A DNA stretch of 62,236 nucleotides, counting the filler, from Hausera hauseri (lineage: Eukaryota): assembly GCA_046269625.1 (NCBI GenBank). It is 11 parts of 11 records of this genome, joined end to end, with 100 filler letters (N's around TTAATTAATTAA, not from the genome) between each part and the next. Parts side by side here need not be neighbours in the genome. Positions count along the whole stretch, not along the records: positions 7,445 to 15,425 come from JBJURY010838747.1; positions 15,526 to 21,577 come from JBJURY010147534.1; positions 21,678 to 27,266 come from JBJURY010224965.1; 8 more parts are not named here. One strand, given 5' to 3'. How positions within the stretch are numbered: position 1 is the stretch's first letter; each line of letters opens with the position of its first letter. The notes beneath the pieces were generated by a model. The model saw nothing but the letters and a program-made list of their open reading frames with translations. It searched no databases and had not been told where the DNA came from. Positions 11,841 through 25,229 of this stretch are shown here, in pieces. Made by a program: the position numbers and the translations under genes.

Positions 11841-12249
11841 AGTTTAATATAATGTAATGTAGAGCAGTTTTGGTTACCATGGTAATGATTGTAACAGGAA
11901 TATGAGCTCCTGAAACGTTAAGTGTTGTTGTTGATGTGTTGGACATGTACAACAGTAATAAATCATCTAAACCTTAGATAAACACATCGAGCACATGTGG
12001 AGCCATTTTTGGGATAATTGGACCATAAACAAAGAAGAACATCAATCAAGTTTTCAGCTCTCGACTCAGACCTGCTCAATCAAATCAAAACAACAGAACC
12101 TGACCAACAGAAGAAAGAAAGAAAAGAAGAAAATCAGAGGAAAACAACATTCAGGAACCCAGGCTGAGTAAAAGGAAGGGGTAAGCTTGTTATTGAGCAT
12201 TTCTTTTATTTACATCTGGAAATACTGTTAGCTTTAGCTTTAGCTACAA

Positions 12250-13264
12250 TCTACTGCCATCAACTGCCACCAACTGTCATCCTAACTGCCATCAACAGCC
12301 ATCAACTGCCATCAACTGCCATTAACTGCCACTCTTATCTGTTTACATTGAAACATGGACTCAGCACTGAGCCTCAGGTCTCTGAGCATCAGCTACCCTG
12401 AAGAGGCCAACAGTGATAGTAAGAAGAAAAAATACAAGGCAGAAGTACTGAGAAAGCACCCAGAGAGCCTGAGAGCAGATTCTACACTGCTCCATGGAAA
12501 GGAACCACCAAAACCAATATCAACACCAGCACCAGTACCAGCACCAACACTAGCAGCCCTGCAGGACCCAGATCACCCGCCACAATGGAGATGGAGCTAA
12601 TAGAGATGAAGAGGAAGAGTCCTGACCACACCCTAAAGAATGGGAGAGAACTAGTGCACCTCTGTCGATCTTCAGCTCTGTACACACTTAATGGTAGGAT
12701 CCGAGGGGACTCTTTTGGGAGGTTTACATGGTGTTCAGCTCTTGGAGCTAGTGTAGTAGATTATGTAAGTACTGACATGAACCCCTCCACTATTAGTGCA
12801 TTCACCCTCAGACCACAACTCCCACTTTCATCTGATCACTGCCAAGTCAATGTGTATCTAAAAAGAATCAGTCAGAATCAAATCACTAAATATGAGCCCT
12901 GCAAAACCTTCAAGTTAAATCCAACATCCAGATGGAACCATGACAGTGAAGCAAAATTTAAATCTGCTGTTCTTTCCCATAAAATTACCAACCATATTAA
13001 TACATTTCTACTAGAACCATTTGAACTAAATCAATCAGGTGTTAATAAGGCTGTTTCAAAAATATATGAAATATTTTATAAATCTGCTACAATTGCCGGT
13101 CTCAAATTTACAAACACCAAACCGAACCAAAAGAAGAAGAGAAGTCTTCACGCAGGGGCGTGGGGTGAGACAGGGCTGCAGTCTGTCTCCCACCCACTTT
13201 AATATCTACATCAAAGACCTTAAGATTCTACCCCCCCACACACACACTCAACACACATAAACAC

Positions 13265-13303
<39 letters not shown>

Positions 13304-13710
13304 GCACGCACGCTCACACGTACAGACAGTCAATATCCCCTCATTTTAAGCATCCAAAAAAGAGCTATAAAATTCTATAAACATATTAAAACCAGCGACC
13401 CCCAATCACTCCTTTACAAAGCTCTGTCAAATCAAGAACATTACATTCACAAAAGCCCCCTCAGCCAATTAATCCTAAACACCACCCACCTTACACCCAC
13501 CGACATCACACACTCCACACGCCCCCATCACACACTCATCAGAACCATCACACACTCCACACACCCCCATCACACACTCATCAGAACACACAGAGACAGG
13601 GAGAGAGAGACAGAGTCCAGACTCTGCCCTCACTGCGACTGGTCATTGGTGGAGACAGAGCTGCACTTTCTCACTGAATGTCCCAAATACAAACTTATCA
13701 GAAACAAATA
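12250..13710 (+). mobile_element. Heavily deleted non-LTR retrotransposon (RTE-X/L2-like)
   Basis: Endonuclease end NGRELVHLC...LNGRIRGDSFGRFT...SVVDY...SDHC; RT fragment GRGVRQGCSLSPT.FNIYI; C-terminal LCPHC...VETELHFLTECPKY. Confidence 0.8.
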
Positions 13711-14980
13711 TGTACCTCTGTACCCCACTGTACCTGCTGGTGCCTCTCAGTACCCTTCTGAACCTCTCTGTGTACCTCTCTGAACCCTTGTGAACCTGTC
13801 TGTATACCCCATGTACCTCCTGGTGTCTATCAGTACCCTTCGGAACCTCTATGTGTACCCCCTGTACCTCTCTGTACCTCTCAGTTCCCTTGTGGACCTC
13901 TCGTGTAGAATCTAATCTCCCTCATGTGTCCATAGTTTGTAATTGCATGGAATTTATGGCATTTTGGTTTTCTGAGGTGAATTCATTTTTAAACTTATTT
14001 AATTTATTGAGGCTATGCTTAAAAAAAGTTCATTAGGACAATGTAAGGGGGGGTCACAATAATTTCACTGATTAATCCCAACACTAAGCCATAACCCCAA
14101 TAATAAATACTATTAAAAAATAATTCACCTCATAAAAACAACAAAACATAAAGTTCATGTAATTGCACACAATGGAGATATTTCTCCTTAAAACTCCAGA
14201 GCTCAATAAAGTGCTGCAGGTAGAAGAAGTGAACAAGCACATGTTAGTGATTTGTTATTTAATTGTTTTCCCCACCAGTGAGCCAGTAAGGAAACAATTT
14301 GTATTTGAATTTATTTATAACATTCCCCTAATGTAGCCCCAATTTACTTATTCTTAACCATTACCTGAATAATTATAAAAAATAAATAACACGACATAAA
14401 GTCAACGTAATTACAAATAATGGACACCAGATGGCGACATTTCTCCAGGAACTCCACATTAAATGTCGCCCTCAAGTGTCCATTTTGTGTAATTACATGA
14501 ACTTTATGACATATTGGTTCTGTGTACCACCTGTGCCTCTCTGTGCTTCTCAGTACCTTTGTAAAACTCTCTGTGTACCCCCTGTGCCTCCTGGTGACTC
14601 TCAGTACCCTTCTGAACTTCTATGTGTACCTCCTATACCTCTCTGTACCCTTCTGAACCTCTCTGTGTACCCGCAGTACCTCCTGGTGCCCCTCAGTACC
14701 ATTCTGAACCCCTCTGTGTACCCCCTGTACCTCCTGGTGTCTCTCAGTACCGCTGTGAACCTCTCTGTGTACCACCTGCACCTCCAGGTGCCTTTTAGTA
14801 CCCTCATGAACTATCTATGTGTTCCCCCTGTACCTCTCAGTACCCTTCTGAACCTCTCTGTACACCCCCTGTACCTCTCTGTACCTCTCAGTACTTTTGT
14901 GATAATAAAAAAAACTGTAATTCACCCCAAAACACCTGAAGGCGACATTTAACCCTAAATTACAGAGGTTAATAAATGCT

Positions 14981-15021
<41 letters not shown>

Positions 15022-15039
15022 TATCATCTGCACAAAACT

Positions 15040-15425
15040 CGTACTGTGTAAAGTACTGTTGTGTATCTGTACTGTGTGTTGTACTGTTGTGTATGTGTAC
15101 TGTGTGTTGTACTGTTGTGTATCTGTACTGTGAGTTGTACTGTTGTATATATGTACTGCTGTGCATCTGTACTGTTGTGTATCTTTACTGTGTAATGTAC
15201 TGTTGTGTATCTCTACTGTGTATTGTACTGTTGTGTATCTGTACTGTGTGTTGTACTGTTGTGTATCTGTACTATGTATTGTACTGTTGTGTATGTGTAC
15301 TGTTTGTTGTACTGTTGTGTATATGCACTGTGTGTTGTACTGTTGTGTATCTGTACTGTTGTGTATCTTTACTGTGTAATGTACTGTTGTGTATCTCTAC
15401 TGTGTATTGTACTGTTGTGTATCTG
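15040..15425. repeat. Compound TGTTGTGTATCTGTAC minisatellite, preceded by (CA)n at ~14984-15018
   Basis: Direct reading. Confidence 0.9.
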
Positions 15426-15525
15426 NNNNNNNNNNNNNNNNNNNNNNNNNNNNNNNNNNNNNNNNNNNNTTAATTAATTAANNNNNNNNNNNNNNNNNNN
15501 NNNNNNNNNNNNNNNNNNNNNNNNN

Positions 15526-15796
15526 TGCACCTGCACATAATCAATCAAGGTGCAACTCGATGTGCTCTATCGATTAGCACTTTATCCCGATCGATTTGAT
15601 CAATACTGCACTGTGCAGCGATCGATTTGTCAAATGTGCAAAAGTGCCCTTAGCAACGGTGCCTAACGGTACCATTGCCTAGCACTTTATAGATCAATTG
15701 TGCTCCGGGTGCACTATCGATCGGCACATGTGCAAAATCGATTTATCGATTAACCCCCCGGGGGTTCTGTGCCCGAATCCCCATTTTCTCCCTACT
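15526..15796. mobile_element. Polinton/Maverick terminal inverted repeat (TGCAC/ATCGAT-rich family) ending in ...CTACT, inserted in Gypsy integrase
   Basis: Homologous to 27367-27592, 45510-45907 and 56015-56400; all end in CTACT (5'-AGTAG on the other strand, the canonical Polinton terminus). Confidence 0.8.
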
Positions 15797-18700
15797 TCTG
15801 ATCTCAATGAAGTGTCTCTGGGCCGCTAGTATGGTTTCGTCTGTAGGAATATTGTCCAGCTCAGCCAGCTCGAATAATGATCTGATAGAAGTACCAAATA
15901 ATGCTTCTGCAGGAGAGCAGCCTGTAGACGTAGATTGTGTGTTCCGCCAGCCAAGCGGAACGTACGGATGGAGTGCAGTCCAACTGCGATTGGATTCAGC
16001 AAGGATTTTGAGAGACGTTTTCATCATTCGGTGAAAGCGTTCGAGAACGCCATTCGATTGAGGGTGATATGGTGACATGTGAATGTGGTTAATACTCAAT
16101 CGATTTACAAGAGCTTTGAAGAGGTTGGATTCGAACTGTGGGCCTTGGTCCGAGATGATGTGGCGAGGTGATCCAAACCTGCTGATCCAAGTGCGGATGA
16201 AAACGCCTGCGATTGTTTCTGTGTTGGTGCTCCGAAGCGGGATAGCCTCTGGCCATCGCGAGAAACGGTCCATCATTGTGAGAATGGACTGATGGCCGTT
16301 GTCTAAGTGTAATGGGCTTAAAAGGTCAATGTGAACAGATTCGAAAGGAGACGTGCAGGAAAAATGAAATAATGGTGGCTTTAGGTGCTTAGTAACTTTG
16401 TATTTTTGGCATGCTACACACGGCCTAATCCATGCCTGAACGTCAGAGCGCATCGATGGCCATACTACTTGGTGTTGTAAGAGTCGAAGAGTGGCCTTGA
16501 CACCGGAATTATGCAACAAATGGATGCTGTGGAATGCTTCTTTTTGAAGCGATTCAGAAAGCATGACTTTATAATTATTATTAGGTTTGTAAATGTCAAA
16601 GGCCACACCGTCGGTGGTTTTGCACGATTCAAAAGATTTAAGCATGTCAGGAAGTGGCTGGTTTTGTTGAAGTTTGGATTGAGGAAAAATTGGAGTGGAA
16701 TCAATCGAGCTGATCGATCGGGACAAAAAGTCAGCTACTAAATTGTCGATTCCGTTTATGTGCTTAATTTGAAAATCAAACGTGGACAAATACGATATTT
16801 GCCTCTCCTGACGTGTAGAAGGCGATTTCATGGTGCGAATTTGAAGCAAGGGCTTGTGGTCCGTTTTTATTGTAAAGGTTCGTACGGTTATCAGATGTTT
16901 AAAGTGTTTTACGGCAAGGACCATTGCAAGCAACTCTCAGTCAAAGTTGGAATATCATTCTTCTTGTGCTGTAAATTTTTTAGAGAAGAATTCTAATGGC
17001 TCATGGGATCCATTTTTGACTTAATGGAGGACAGCACATGTAGCTGTTTTGGATGCGTCCGTGGTTAAGAAGAGTTCTGCATGGAAGTCTGGATAGGCCA
17101 GGATTTCCACGGATTTTAGATTGTCTTTGAAGTGATCGAAAGCGTTGACTAGCTTGGCAGTCCATTGAATAGGCTGTTTCTTCTTGCCAGAGCTTAGTGA
17201 TGCAAATGGAGAGGTTAGAGTGAAGCAGTGTGGAACGTACTTATGAATAAAGTGCAAGGTTCCGAAAAAAGAACGCATCTCTGTTGATGTACGTGGTAGT
17301 TGTATGTTTTTCAGCTGCGTGATGCGGTCTGGCTGAGGTGAGTATCCGGAGGAGCTAATAACATGTCCTAAGAAGTTGACCTTATGTTGAGAAAAGGAGA
17401 ATTTAGAAAAATTGATTTGCAAGTTGTTTTGGTGCAAGCGTTGGAAGATTATACGTAAGTGTTCAGAGTGCTGCTTCGAGGAAGATGATGCATTTAAGAT
17501 ATCATCAATGTAGGGATAAGCGAAGTCGAAACCTCATAGGACTGTATCAGTATGCCTTTGGAAGGTCTGGGAAGAGCTACTGAGTCCAAAAGGCGTAAAA
17601 AGGTATTCGAAAAGGCCAAAAGGTGTAATGACAGCCGTTTTCGGAATGTCTGCTGGGGCCACCGGAATTTAGTGGTATGCTTTGTGTAAATCAATGCAGG
17701 AGAAGATCGTTGAACCATGGAGCCTGTGAAGGATGTCGTTGATTAATGGTAGACGGTAGACATCCATTTTTGTTATGGTATTGAATTGGCGGTAATCACC
17801 GCATGGGAGAAAGTACCATATTTTTTGGAACCACATGCAGTGGTGAAGACCACGGGGATTTGGATCTTCTGATTATTCCTGATCTTTCCAGTTCGAGAAA
17901 TTCAGCGTCCACTGCCTGTCTGCGGCGAGGCGACAGCAAGCGTACCTTTTCACGTATTGGTCTTTGGTGTGCTGTTACTATGTGATGGAAGGTGGATTGA
18001 GGTGGTATGAATGATTTGTCCTTCTGCAGCGGACGCGTGCAGGAGGATGAAATGTGTTGCTGTAGATCAGAAGGCAACGATGAAAAGTTATCCAATGGTG
18101 TAGATGCATCGTGACTGGATGCAGTTGAGGTATGAGTTGTAGACGAGGTGTTATGACTGGGTGGTATTTGGTGCAGGATGTTCATGTTGAAGATGGTGTT
18201 TGCAGCTGTGCTATTAGTAATAGGCACCACGCAGTTGGCAATATTGTATTTGTTGCCGTAGTGAAAATTTCTGTATAATGTATTATTATAAAAATGATTC
18301 AAATCGAAAGTCGTTTTTTTCAGTATTGACTTGTTTGAGGTGATCGCCGGTGTGGTCACCGAAATGTTGCTAATTTGATTAAGATTATTTCCGCACTTTA
18401 AGTAACATCGTTTGCAATCTACAAGTAAATTGTAGTGGGACAGAAAGTCCGAACCCAATATAAGTGTGCATACATTGGCTATTGCAAATTTCCATGTGAA
18501 GGTGTTTGCGAGGTGTGGAAGAGTGAAAGTTAATTTGGTAACTCCAAAAATCTGTAAGGATTCACCGGATGCAGTGAACAGTTGCTTTTGTGAAGTGCAA
18601 TTGTTTTGTATCTGTTGTGTTGGTGACAGTAGAGAGATTGCTGTGCCGGTGTCTATAAGAAAGTTAATGTTTTGCATTGTGGAAGTGACGACTGGTGCTT

Positions 18701-20212
18701 CCAACGTGAAAACAGCAAAGAAAATGTGGCGGCTGTCTTTTTGCAGGTTGTTGCCTTTGCTAGGACTTGCCGTGTGTCCTATCGGCGAAATTAGTTTTTT
18801 GTAGTTGGTGAGTTTTTCCTACTGTGTTGTATGAATTTAGTAGTGTTGGTCTTGTTGTGTGTGTTGTAGGTACAGCCAGGTAGGCATTTTTGTGCTTTTG
18901 TTCTAAATTTTGAGTGGTAGATGCCAACAATGTTGCTTGTATTAAAATTGGGGGAGTAAAATTTTCAACCGATGCAGCATTTCTGAGCATTGTTACCAAA
19001 TTTGCTATGATAACAGCAAATAGACGTCCGCGCGGGCGAAGGCGACCGTCTTTGATGTTGATTAAATACGTTAGGGGAAACAGCCCTAGAAAAACCTCGT
19101 CGAGATAGAGTTAATTCGTTTAATTTTTCATTTATGTTGTTAATTGTATTCTGTAACTTTTCATTTTCCGTGCGTAAGTGCGCAATTTGTTGCTGCAGCA
19201 TTGCATTTTTTGTTGTTGATCTGTTGTTAATGCTGCATAGATAGTTGGTGCTGCATGTGAGTGCAGTACTTCGTATGCTTTGTCTGCCAGTTCGGCTAGC
19301 TTGTCAAGAGCCGTGGAGTCTTCTATCACAGTTATCAAAGCTCTTATTTAAAGGGGCAATGCATTTAAGAAGTAGCGTCGAATAAGTTTGGGATTGTACT
19401 AAAATGTTACGCCAAGGGTGTTGAGGTGAGACAAGGATGTGCGTAGGAATTCAGAAGGCTTCTAAAGGGCCATGGCGTTGTCGTTAAAGAATCTTTAAAT
19501 GATGGAGTCGATTGAAGGCTCAGTAAGCTTGAGAACGGCATTATGAAGTTAAGCATATGGATCAGCGTGCTGAAGGCTATCAATGGTATTGGTAATCTTA
19601 GTTTTGATGGAAGCTGGTAAGTGGAAAAAGAGGCTGTTGGCTTTGGCTAAAAAGTCGACGACGTTTTGTGATTGGAGCCAGAATTAGTGCAGTTTTACAC
19701 AAGTTTGAGTAGAGTTTTGACTGTCGAGGAAATATTCTGTGCAGGGTAAATGAGTGAGGAGTGTGTGTTGTGTAGAGATGTTGGAAGGGCTGTGCTTGGG
19801 TAAATGAATGACGTGGATCTGTGGTTTGGTAAGTTTGTACGTGGTATCAATTGTGGGTGATGAATCCATGTTACCACGGATACGGAAGTGGATGTGAATA
19901 CAAATGTGGGTTGACGATGATTGTAGAGTTCCAGCGAGGGGTATTAGAGATCCGTTGTATGTGAGGTAGAAATCAGACGAGTGGAGTAAGGCAGAGATGA
20001 AGTTGTGAATGTCTGCATTGTGTAAATGCAGTGCTGTGTATGTGTATATATATTTGTTATTTAGAAAAAGAAAGACGGAGAAGGGAGAGGTGATATGTCC
20101 GGGGGCGTGCTGCGGGACAACAGCGAACGGCGCCGTCTGACCCACCGGCGCAGGATGGGCGGCAGGGACTTCAGCCTCGTTGCGGCGGGTCCAAAATTTC
20201 GGGGTGACCGAA
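15797..20212 (-). mobile_element. Ty3/Gypsy element B copy 2 (CsRn1-like): Ubl-gag, protease, RT, RNase H, integrase; degenerate, no LTR visible
   Basis: CHCC Gag motif CCYHSKFGNNAQKCC; protease FLIDTG; RT/RNase H; integrase HSIHLLH...CVACQ, VHIDL, DRFSRWPEA, SDQGPQFES, PQSNGVLERFH. Degenerate tRNA-Trp-type PBS CGGTCACCCCGA at ~20199-20210. Confidence 0.9.
19870..20085 (-). other. Ubiquitin-like domain directly N-terminal to Gag of element B
   Basis: FSVFLFLNNK...DFYLTYNGSLI...TLQSSSTHICIHIHFRIRGN|MDSS resembles ubiquitin QRLIFAGKQL...TL...STLHLVLRLRGG|M. Confidence 0.55.
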
Positions 20213-20214
20213 TT

Positions 20215-21360
20215 CCTCCTCAAAGGACGTCTAATTATTCTCGCAGTTGACCCAATGAATTTCTTTTTACAAACCATACATTTGAATTTCCCATCGTCAA
20301 CAAATGAAAATAATTTATGTTCAAAATTAAAATTATTCTTTGTGTCTAAACCGGAACTTTCAGAATCACCTTTAAATTCGGATTTTGGGGATTCTTCTGA
20401 TGTTAGAGACACTGATAGGGGAGCGATTAGAAGATGGAACATATCCCTTATTGTCTGAGTGAAGAGATATGTTAGGATTGTAAAATGTAGGTGAACTGGA
20501 AGCAAGTTCATCGGATAAAAATAAACCGGCTTTTTATTTGAACATCACTTCCTTTTCTGAGAAAGTCGTTTAAGTGTTTGAGATTGACTAGAATCGAAAG
20601 GTATAATTCTTTTACTATTCGAGTTTATTAATCCAGAATTCTCAACTACTAACATATCTCTTTTTGTATCTGTTTTGATATTTGATAAGTTTGGAGTTTC
20701 TTTTGAGTAATTATCTGAACTTTTATCACAATTTTTACTTAAGCTCAATCGTCTTATTTTACATTTTTCAGTGAAAGTTTTAGTTTTTCATCGTATATAT
20801 TATTATCGCTGGACTGCTGAGAATCTAACATATTTTCCGAGCGTCGTTTAAAAATTACTTTTTGTTGATTGTTCTTCGACTTTTGTTCAGCATGGTTTTA
20901 TTCATATCACTGATAATTCTTAAGTTTCTCGTATCTGAAGTAGTATTTGCAATTTTTAACCAAGAATACGGCACAGTTTTTTCAATGTTGTCATAAAGAT
21001 AAATTGTGATATTCCTTAACTTTCGTATCAAATTTAGTTTTATTATTTATGTTTAGTATTTGAGATAAGTAATAATTATTATCATGCCATTTTGCTAGTA
21101 CAACATCACCTTTTTGAAATCCGTAATTAGTTAAGACAACTTTCAGATTAGACGAGTTAATAAATTGTCTCCAATTTCCCGAAGTGACGTCTATAATACG
21201 GCTGAAAGATTCCTGATCTTTGAGAAATAATTTATTATCTACAATATCTAATATTTCAGCTTCAGTCCAATTTCCATAATCATCTACAACTTCAATCTGA
21301 TCACCAATTCCGACTAACGATTGTTGATAATTTTTATCCGTATCATTTTCGTTGCTATAC
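20215..21360 (-). pseudogene. PHF20/PHF20L1-like tandem Tudor protein, frameshifted and truncated at its zinc finger
   Basis: IGDQIEVVDDYGNWTEAEI and FQKGDVVLAKWHDNNYYLSQI...(frameshift)TIYLYDNIEK; later FVDDGKFKCMVCKKKF just before the Gypsy junction. Confidence 0.6.
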
Positions 21361-22325
21361 TGCATGCAATTATAAGACGAAAATTTTGTAAAGACCAGGA
21401 CGATTATAATTTGTTGAGATATTACGAAAAGAAATGTTACCTGACACCAATTGTAGTCCCCATGAATCGTATCCGCTAACGTGAAAGCTGCGTTAGATGA
21501 AGGTACAAGCGATAATTCAAAAATTTCATCAGGCAGTTCATCAACATAATTCATATTAAAATGATTAAGGAGAAACANNNNNNNNNNNNNNNNNNNNNNN
21601 NNNNNNNNNNNNNNNNNNNNNTTAATTAATTAANNNNNNNNNNNNNNNNNNNNNNNNNNNNNNNNNNNNNNNNNNNNCACAGAAAAAAATACATTTATGT
21701 GAAATACGATTTAACATTAATTTTCATCTATAAATTTGTGTTGTTTATGATAGAGTAAACACTTAAATGCATCATTTGTTAACTCCAGTTAACTCCTTCT
21801 AAGAGATATAGATTAAACTATGGGCTAGTTTAAATGGAGAAATTGCATAACATATTAATGAAATGAAGAACATTAAGCCAAAGTTATGATATATCAGTTC
21901 TAAGAATAACATTTGGAATGAATGTCTGAGGTTTTTCACAGAAGAAGATGAAGACTAGTCTTCAGTCAAAAAACATGGCTGAAGCAAGCCATTACATAAT
22001 TTCATTTACACGTCAGCACCAAGCCATGTGCAGCACTTATCATGGAACTCCACATCTCTTAATTACTGGCGCCTCCTGTCATCTAAGTCAGTGGCTGTTT
22101 TCCAAGCCATTCCCTTGTTTTTTATTGTTCTCTGCTCCTTTTACATGGTATCTTGCTTATAGTGGCCATGTTCTTTAAACTATCTCATCTTAGATCATGG
22201 CATTCATGGAAAGTGCATACTGATTAAACCAATTTAGATGGGGGTAATTCTTATTTCATTTAATTTTTTAAAAAAAATGATTATAACGTGTATAGAGTGA
22301 ACTAGTGAAACTTTCTTGTTTTCAG

Positions 22326-22497
22326 CTTGGCTGGATAACAAAAGTTATGGCTGGAGGCACTGGATGTGGTTGTAAAGTGCTGAATCCAGCTCCTCCAGAA
22401 TCTGAAGCTGTGTTTCAGCTGGCAGCATCAGAAAGGTCATTTTACAATCAGCTCATTAAAACCAGCAACCTTTTGTTACGACCTCTTCAGAGATCTG
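22326..22497 (+). CDS. ALS2: Alsin exon (end of RCC1-like domain, start of DH domain)
   Basis: AG/GT bounded; LGWITKVMAG...FQLAASERSFYNQL...LLRPL compares with human LGYISRVTAG...ELATTERRFYSKL...ILRPL; ends phase 1. Confidence 0.85.
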
Positions 22498-23503
22498 GTG
22501 AGTTTCTTATCACATGTTTGTTGATTCAGTTTACGGGTTTGACTTAAGAATATGTATTTAAGAAAGTTTTTTTTTTTTATTTTCAAGCATTTTGTTGTTG
22601 TGAATATGTAAAATTAGTCCTGAGCATAAATTAATCACAGTCTGACAGAAATGGTTGAGTTCACTATTTACCTTCTTTAATTAGAGAGTCTGAATACATT
22701 TTTATTTACCTTTTTAAATTAGAGAGTCTGAATACATTTTTATTTATCTCTTATAATTAAAGCACTAACTAGGTTTTATTTATTGCACTTAAATAAAGAT
22801 CAGGAGGGGGAAGCTGAGAAACTAATATTATTCAAGGGAAAAGTTACATTCCTTGAAAAATGATTCAATAACTAGAAAATGAAGGTAAAAAATGATCCAT
22901 TAAAAATGGAACCGAAAGGATAGAATCTTCGAGGGAGAATTTTCAATATACTCTGCAACAGTGATTGCAAAACCAGTGGCAGAAATCAGACGATATATTT
23001 TGGGTGGAATTATGACTTGCTGTCTCTTAGTAACATTTTTGGATGTCATAAACGAAACACAGTTGGATTTTTTGGCAGCTCAGTGGATGTTGCTGGATGA
23101 CCTGACCATCACACATGTCTTCATATTTGAAAGCTTGATGGATGTCATTGAAAGTTGTGTAGATCAGCTGGAGTTCCAAGTTTCAAATCTCACTTGAAGC
23201 AGCAGGTGTTTTTTTCCTCATGTGGGTGGGCTGTGATGAATGCGACGCTCTGCAAAGAATGTGCTACTTGATGATAACGATGATTATTTTGATAGTTTAC
23301 AATTCTTGTTTCATGTGTATTATCTTGATAGTTTACCTTTCATGTTACATGTGTATTATCTTGACAGTTTGCCTTTTGTGTTACAATTGTCTTATCTTGA
23401 TAGTTTACATTTCAGGTTTCAGAAAAAGAATTTACATAAGAAGACCATTGTGCTGTGGCCTTGTCATTTTGTTCTGATCCTTTAATTATCTATTTAATTT
23501 CAG

Positions 23504-23586
23504 AATTTTACACTTCAATGGGAGTTTACCCATACAAGTCTTCACTTCGGAACTTGATTGCAACTTTTGGAGCACTCATTAAGAAG
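23504..23586 (+). CDS. ALS2: Alsin exon (DH domain)
   Basis: CAG/GTATG boundaries, phase-compatible; EFYTSMGVYPYKSSLRNLIATFGALIKK. Confidence 0.8.
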
Positions 23587-23996
23587 GTATGCCAGTGCTG
23601 TAAGGTTTTATTGTCTATATCTTGTGCTGTGTCCATTATATCTGTCTTCTGTCTTTGGCTTTGCTGATTTCCTTCCTTCCTTTCTTGATAATACAATTTA
23701 CCATATATTTCTGTGTGTGTGTGTGTGTGCGCATGTGCGCATGCATGTGTGGTGTAGGTGGGTAGGTTTTTGTCTGCTTAATTCTGACCTTCTTTCTTTG
23801 TCACTCTTGCTCCACACATGCTATGCATGCATGCAGAGAGATTGTTTTGCATTATAAGTTCTTTTATCTGGATCTGCTCTATTCATAGGAGAGTTCAAGA
23901 CTGCATGCTTTTAGAGAGAGAGGGGGGGGGGGGTGCTTGAATATATTATCCAAGAAACAAGACTCTTCTTATTGCTGTATTGCAATCTGATTTCAG

Positions 23997-24169
23997 ATTG
24001 GAGAAGGTATTACAGACCTAACCAGGTGCATACAGAATGCTACTCCACTGAATAACTCAGTAATGTTGGGCTGCCACAGTGAGTTTATTGAGGTCTTTCG
24101 CACATACTCCCAGGCATTCTCAGATTTTTTGGCTGTTGGAGGTTTTGACTACTGTACTCGTACTGGAAG
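23997..24169 (+). CDS. ALS2: Alsin exon (DH domain)
   Basis: IGEGITDL...FIEVFRTYSQAFSDFLAVGGF (human [21 protein letters not shown]); canonical splice sites, ends phase 2. Confidence 0.85.
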
Positions 24170-24254
24170 GTATGTCATTTCTGTTTCTCATGATCAATCA
24201 GTAGCTGTTATGGGGTACACACTAAAGTTGTTGATTACTGAACACATAGATACG

Positions 24255-24535
24255 TAAGTAAAGGGATCCCATTCATGCCGTAAATACGTATGAGGGAATG
24301 TGGAGTTAGTGGCCACATTTTTCATTGACCAACTGCATTTAATTAGATACGTGGTCAGTATAACGCCAGGCCGCCTTTACTTTCCCAGAGAATTTATCTG
24401 GTATCCATGTTTTGAGGCTGGGTGAACCCCTGGAGCTATTCTGGTTGGAAAAATTCAACCATCCACAGCTGGGATTGAATCCCCAACCACATGATCAAAT
24501 GCAAGCGCACTAACCACTATGCTATTGTGGCTCCG
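24255..24535 (-). mobile_element. tRNA-derived SINE (intronic)
   Basis: A/B-box-like head on the minus strand (TAGCATAGTGGTTAG...GGATTCAATCCC) and SINE-like body. Confidence 0.6.
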
Positions 24536-25229
24536 AACCCATAGATATGATGTCATATTCTTTTGGTTCTGTAAATGTTTAATTTGGTTATCTTGTAGTA
24601 GCAGTATTAGATCACTGTGAGGATCATCTCCTGGCAGTAGGTTCAGCTGTCATCTATCTGTACTTGTTCAGATGTTGCAGTCACCTTGTCAATAATGAAA
24701 TGTGGTTGCAGTAGCTTTAATGGATCCCAGTCTTGATAAGAGCATGGGTCCCACAATCACAGGGATTCACAGAGCTCTTCTTCTGTCCCAGGGCGATGGT
24801 TTTGGATGTACAGTCATCAATACAACTCCATTACTGCAGGGACTGTAGCGATCCTCGCATCGCTGGCCAGAATTTCTTCTGTTTCCAGGATGTGTAGCGT
24901 GGAAGTCATGAGAGGTCTTGACCAGTATGTTAATCCTGGCCCTGACTAAGATTGTGGAGCGATCTCAGTCTCTGTGTCCCTGGTTGTCTCGTATAAACAT
25001 AGTCCTTATGCCATATGAATTCTTTGTCTAGTCTTGTATCTTGTCTTTGATCCACAGTCATCGATCATCAGCTCTTGTTGACTTTGATGCAAATATGTGG
25101 TACTGCGCAGTCTTAATAAGCTGCTGTGGGCTGCAATATAGGATATTGTCTATGTTAGGGTTGACAGGTAGTAGACTCCGTCTTAGCTCCTGGAGAGCGG
25201 AGCATGACAGCAGGTGGTGCTTCGTTGTT

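Noticed and set aside
14969-15477. Cys-rich ORFs (metallothionein/keratin-like)
   Set aside because: They are translations of a TG-rich minisatellite.
15743-15796. Novel integrase C-terminus SREKMGIRAQNPRGVNR
   Set aside because: It is read-through into the inserted Polinton TIR.
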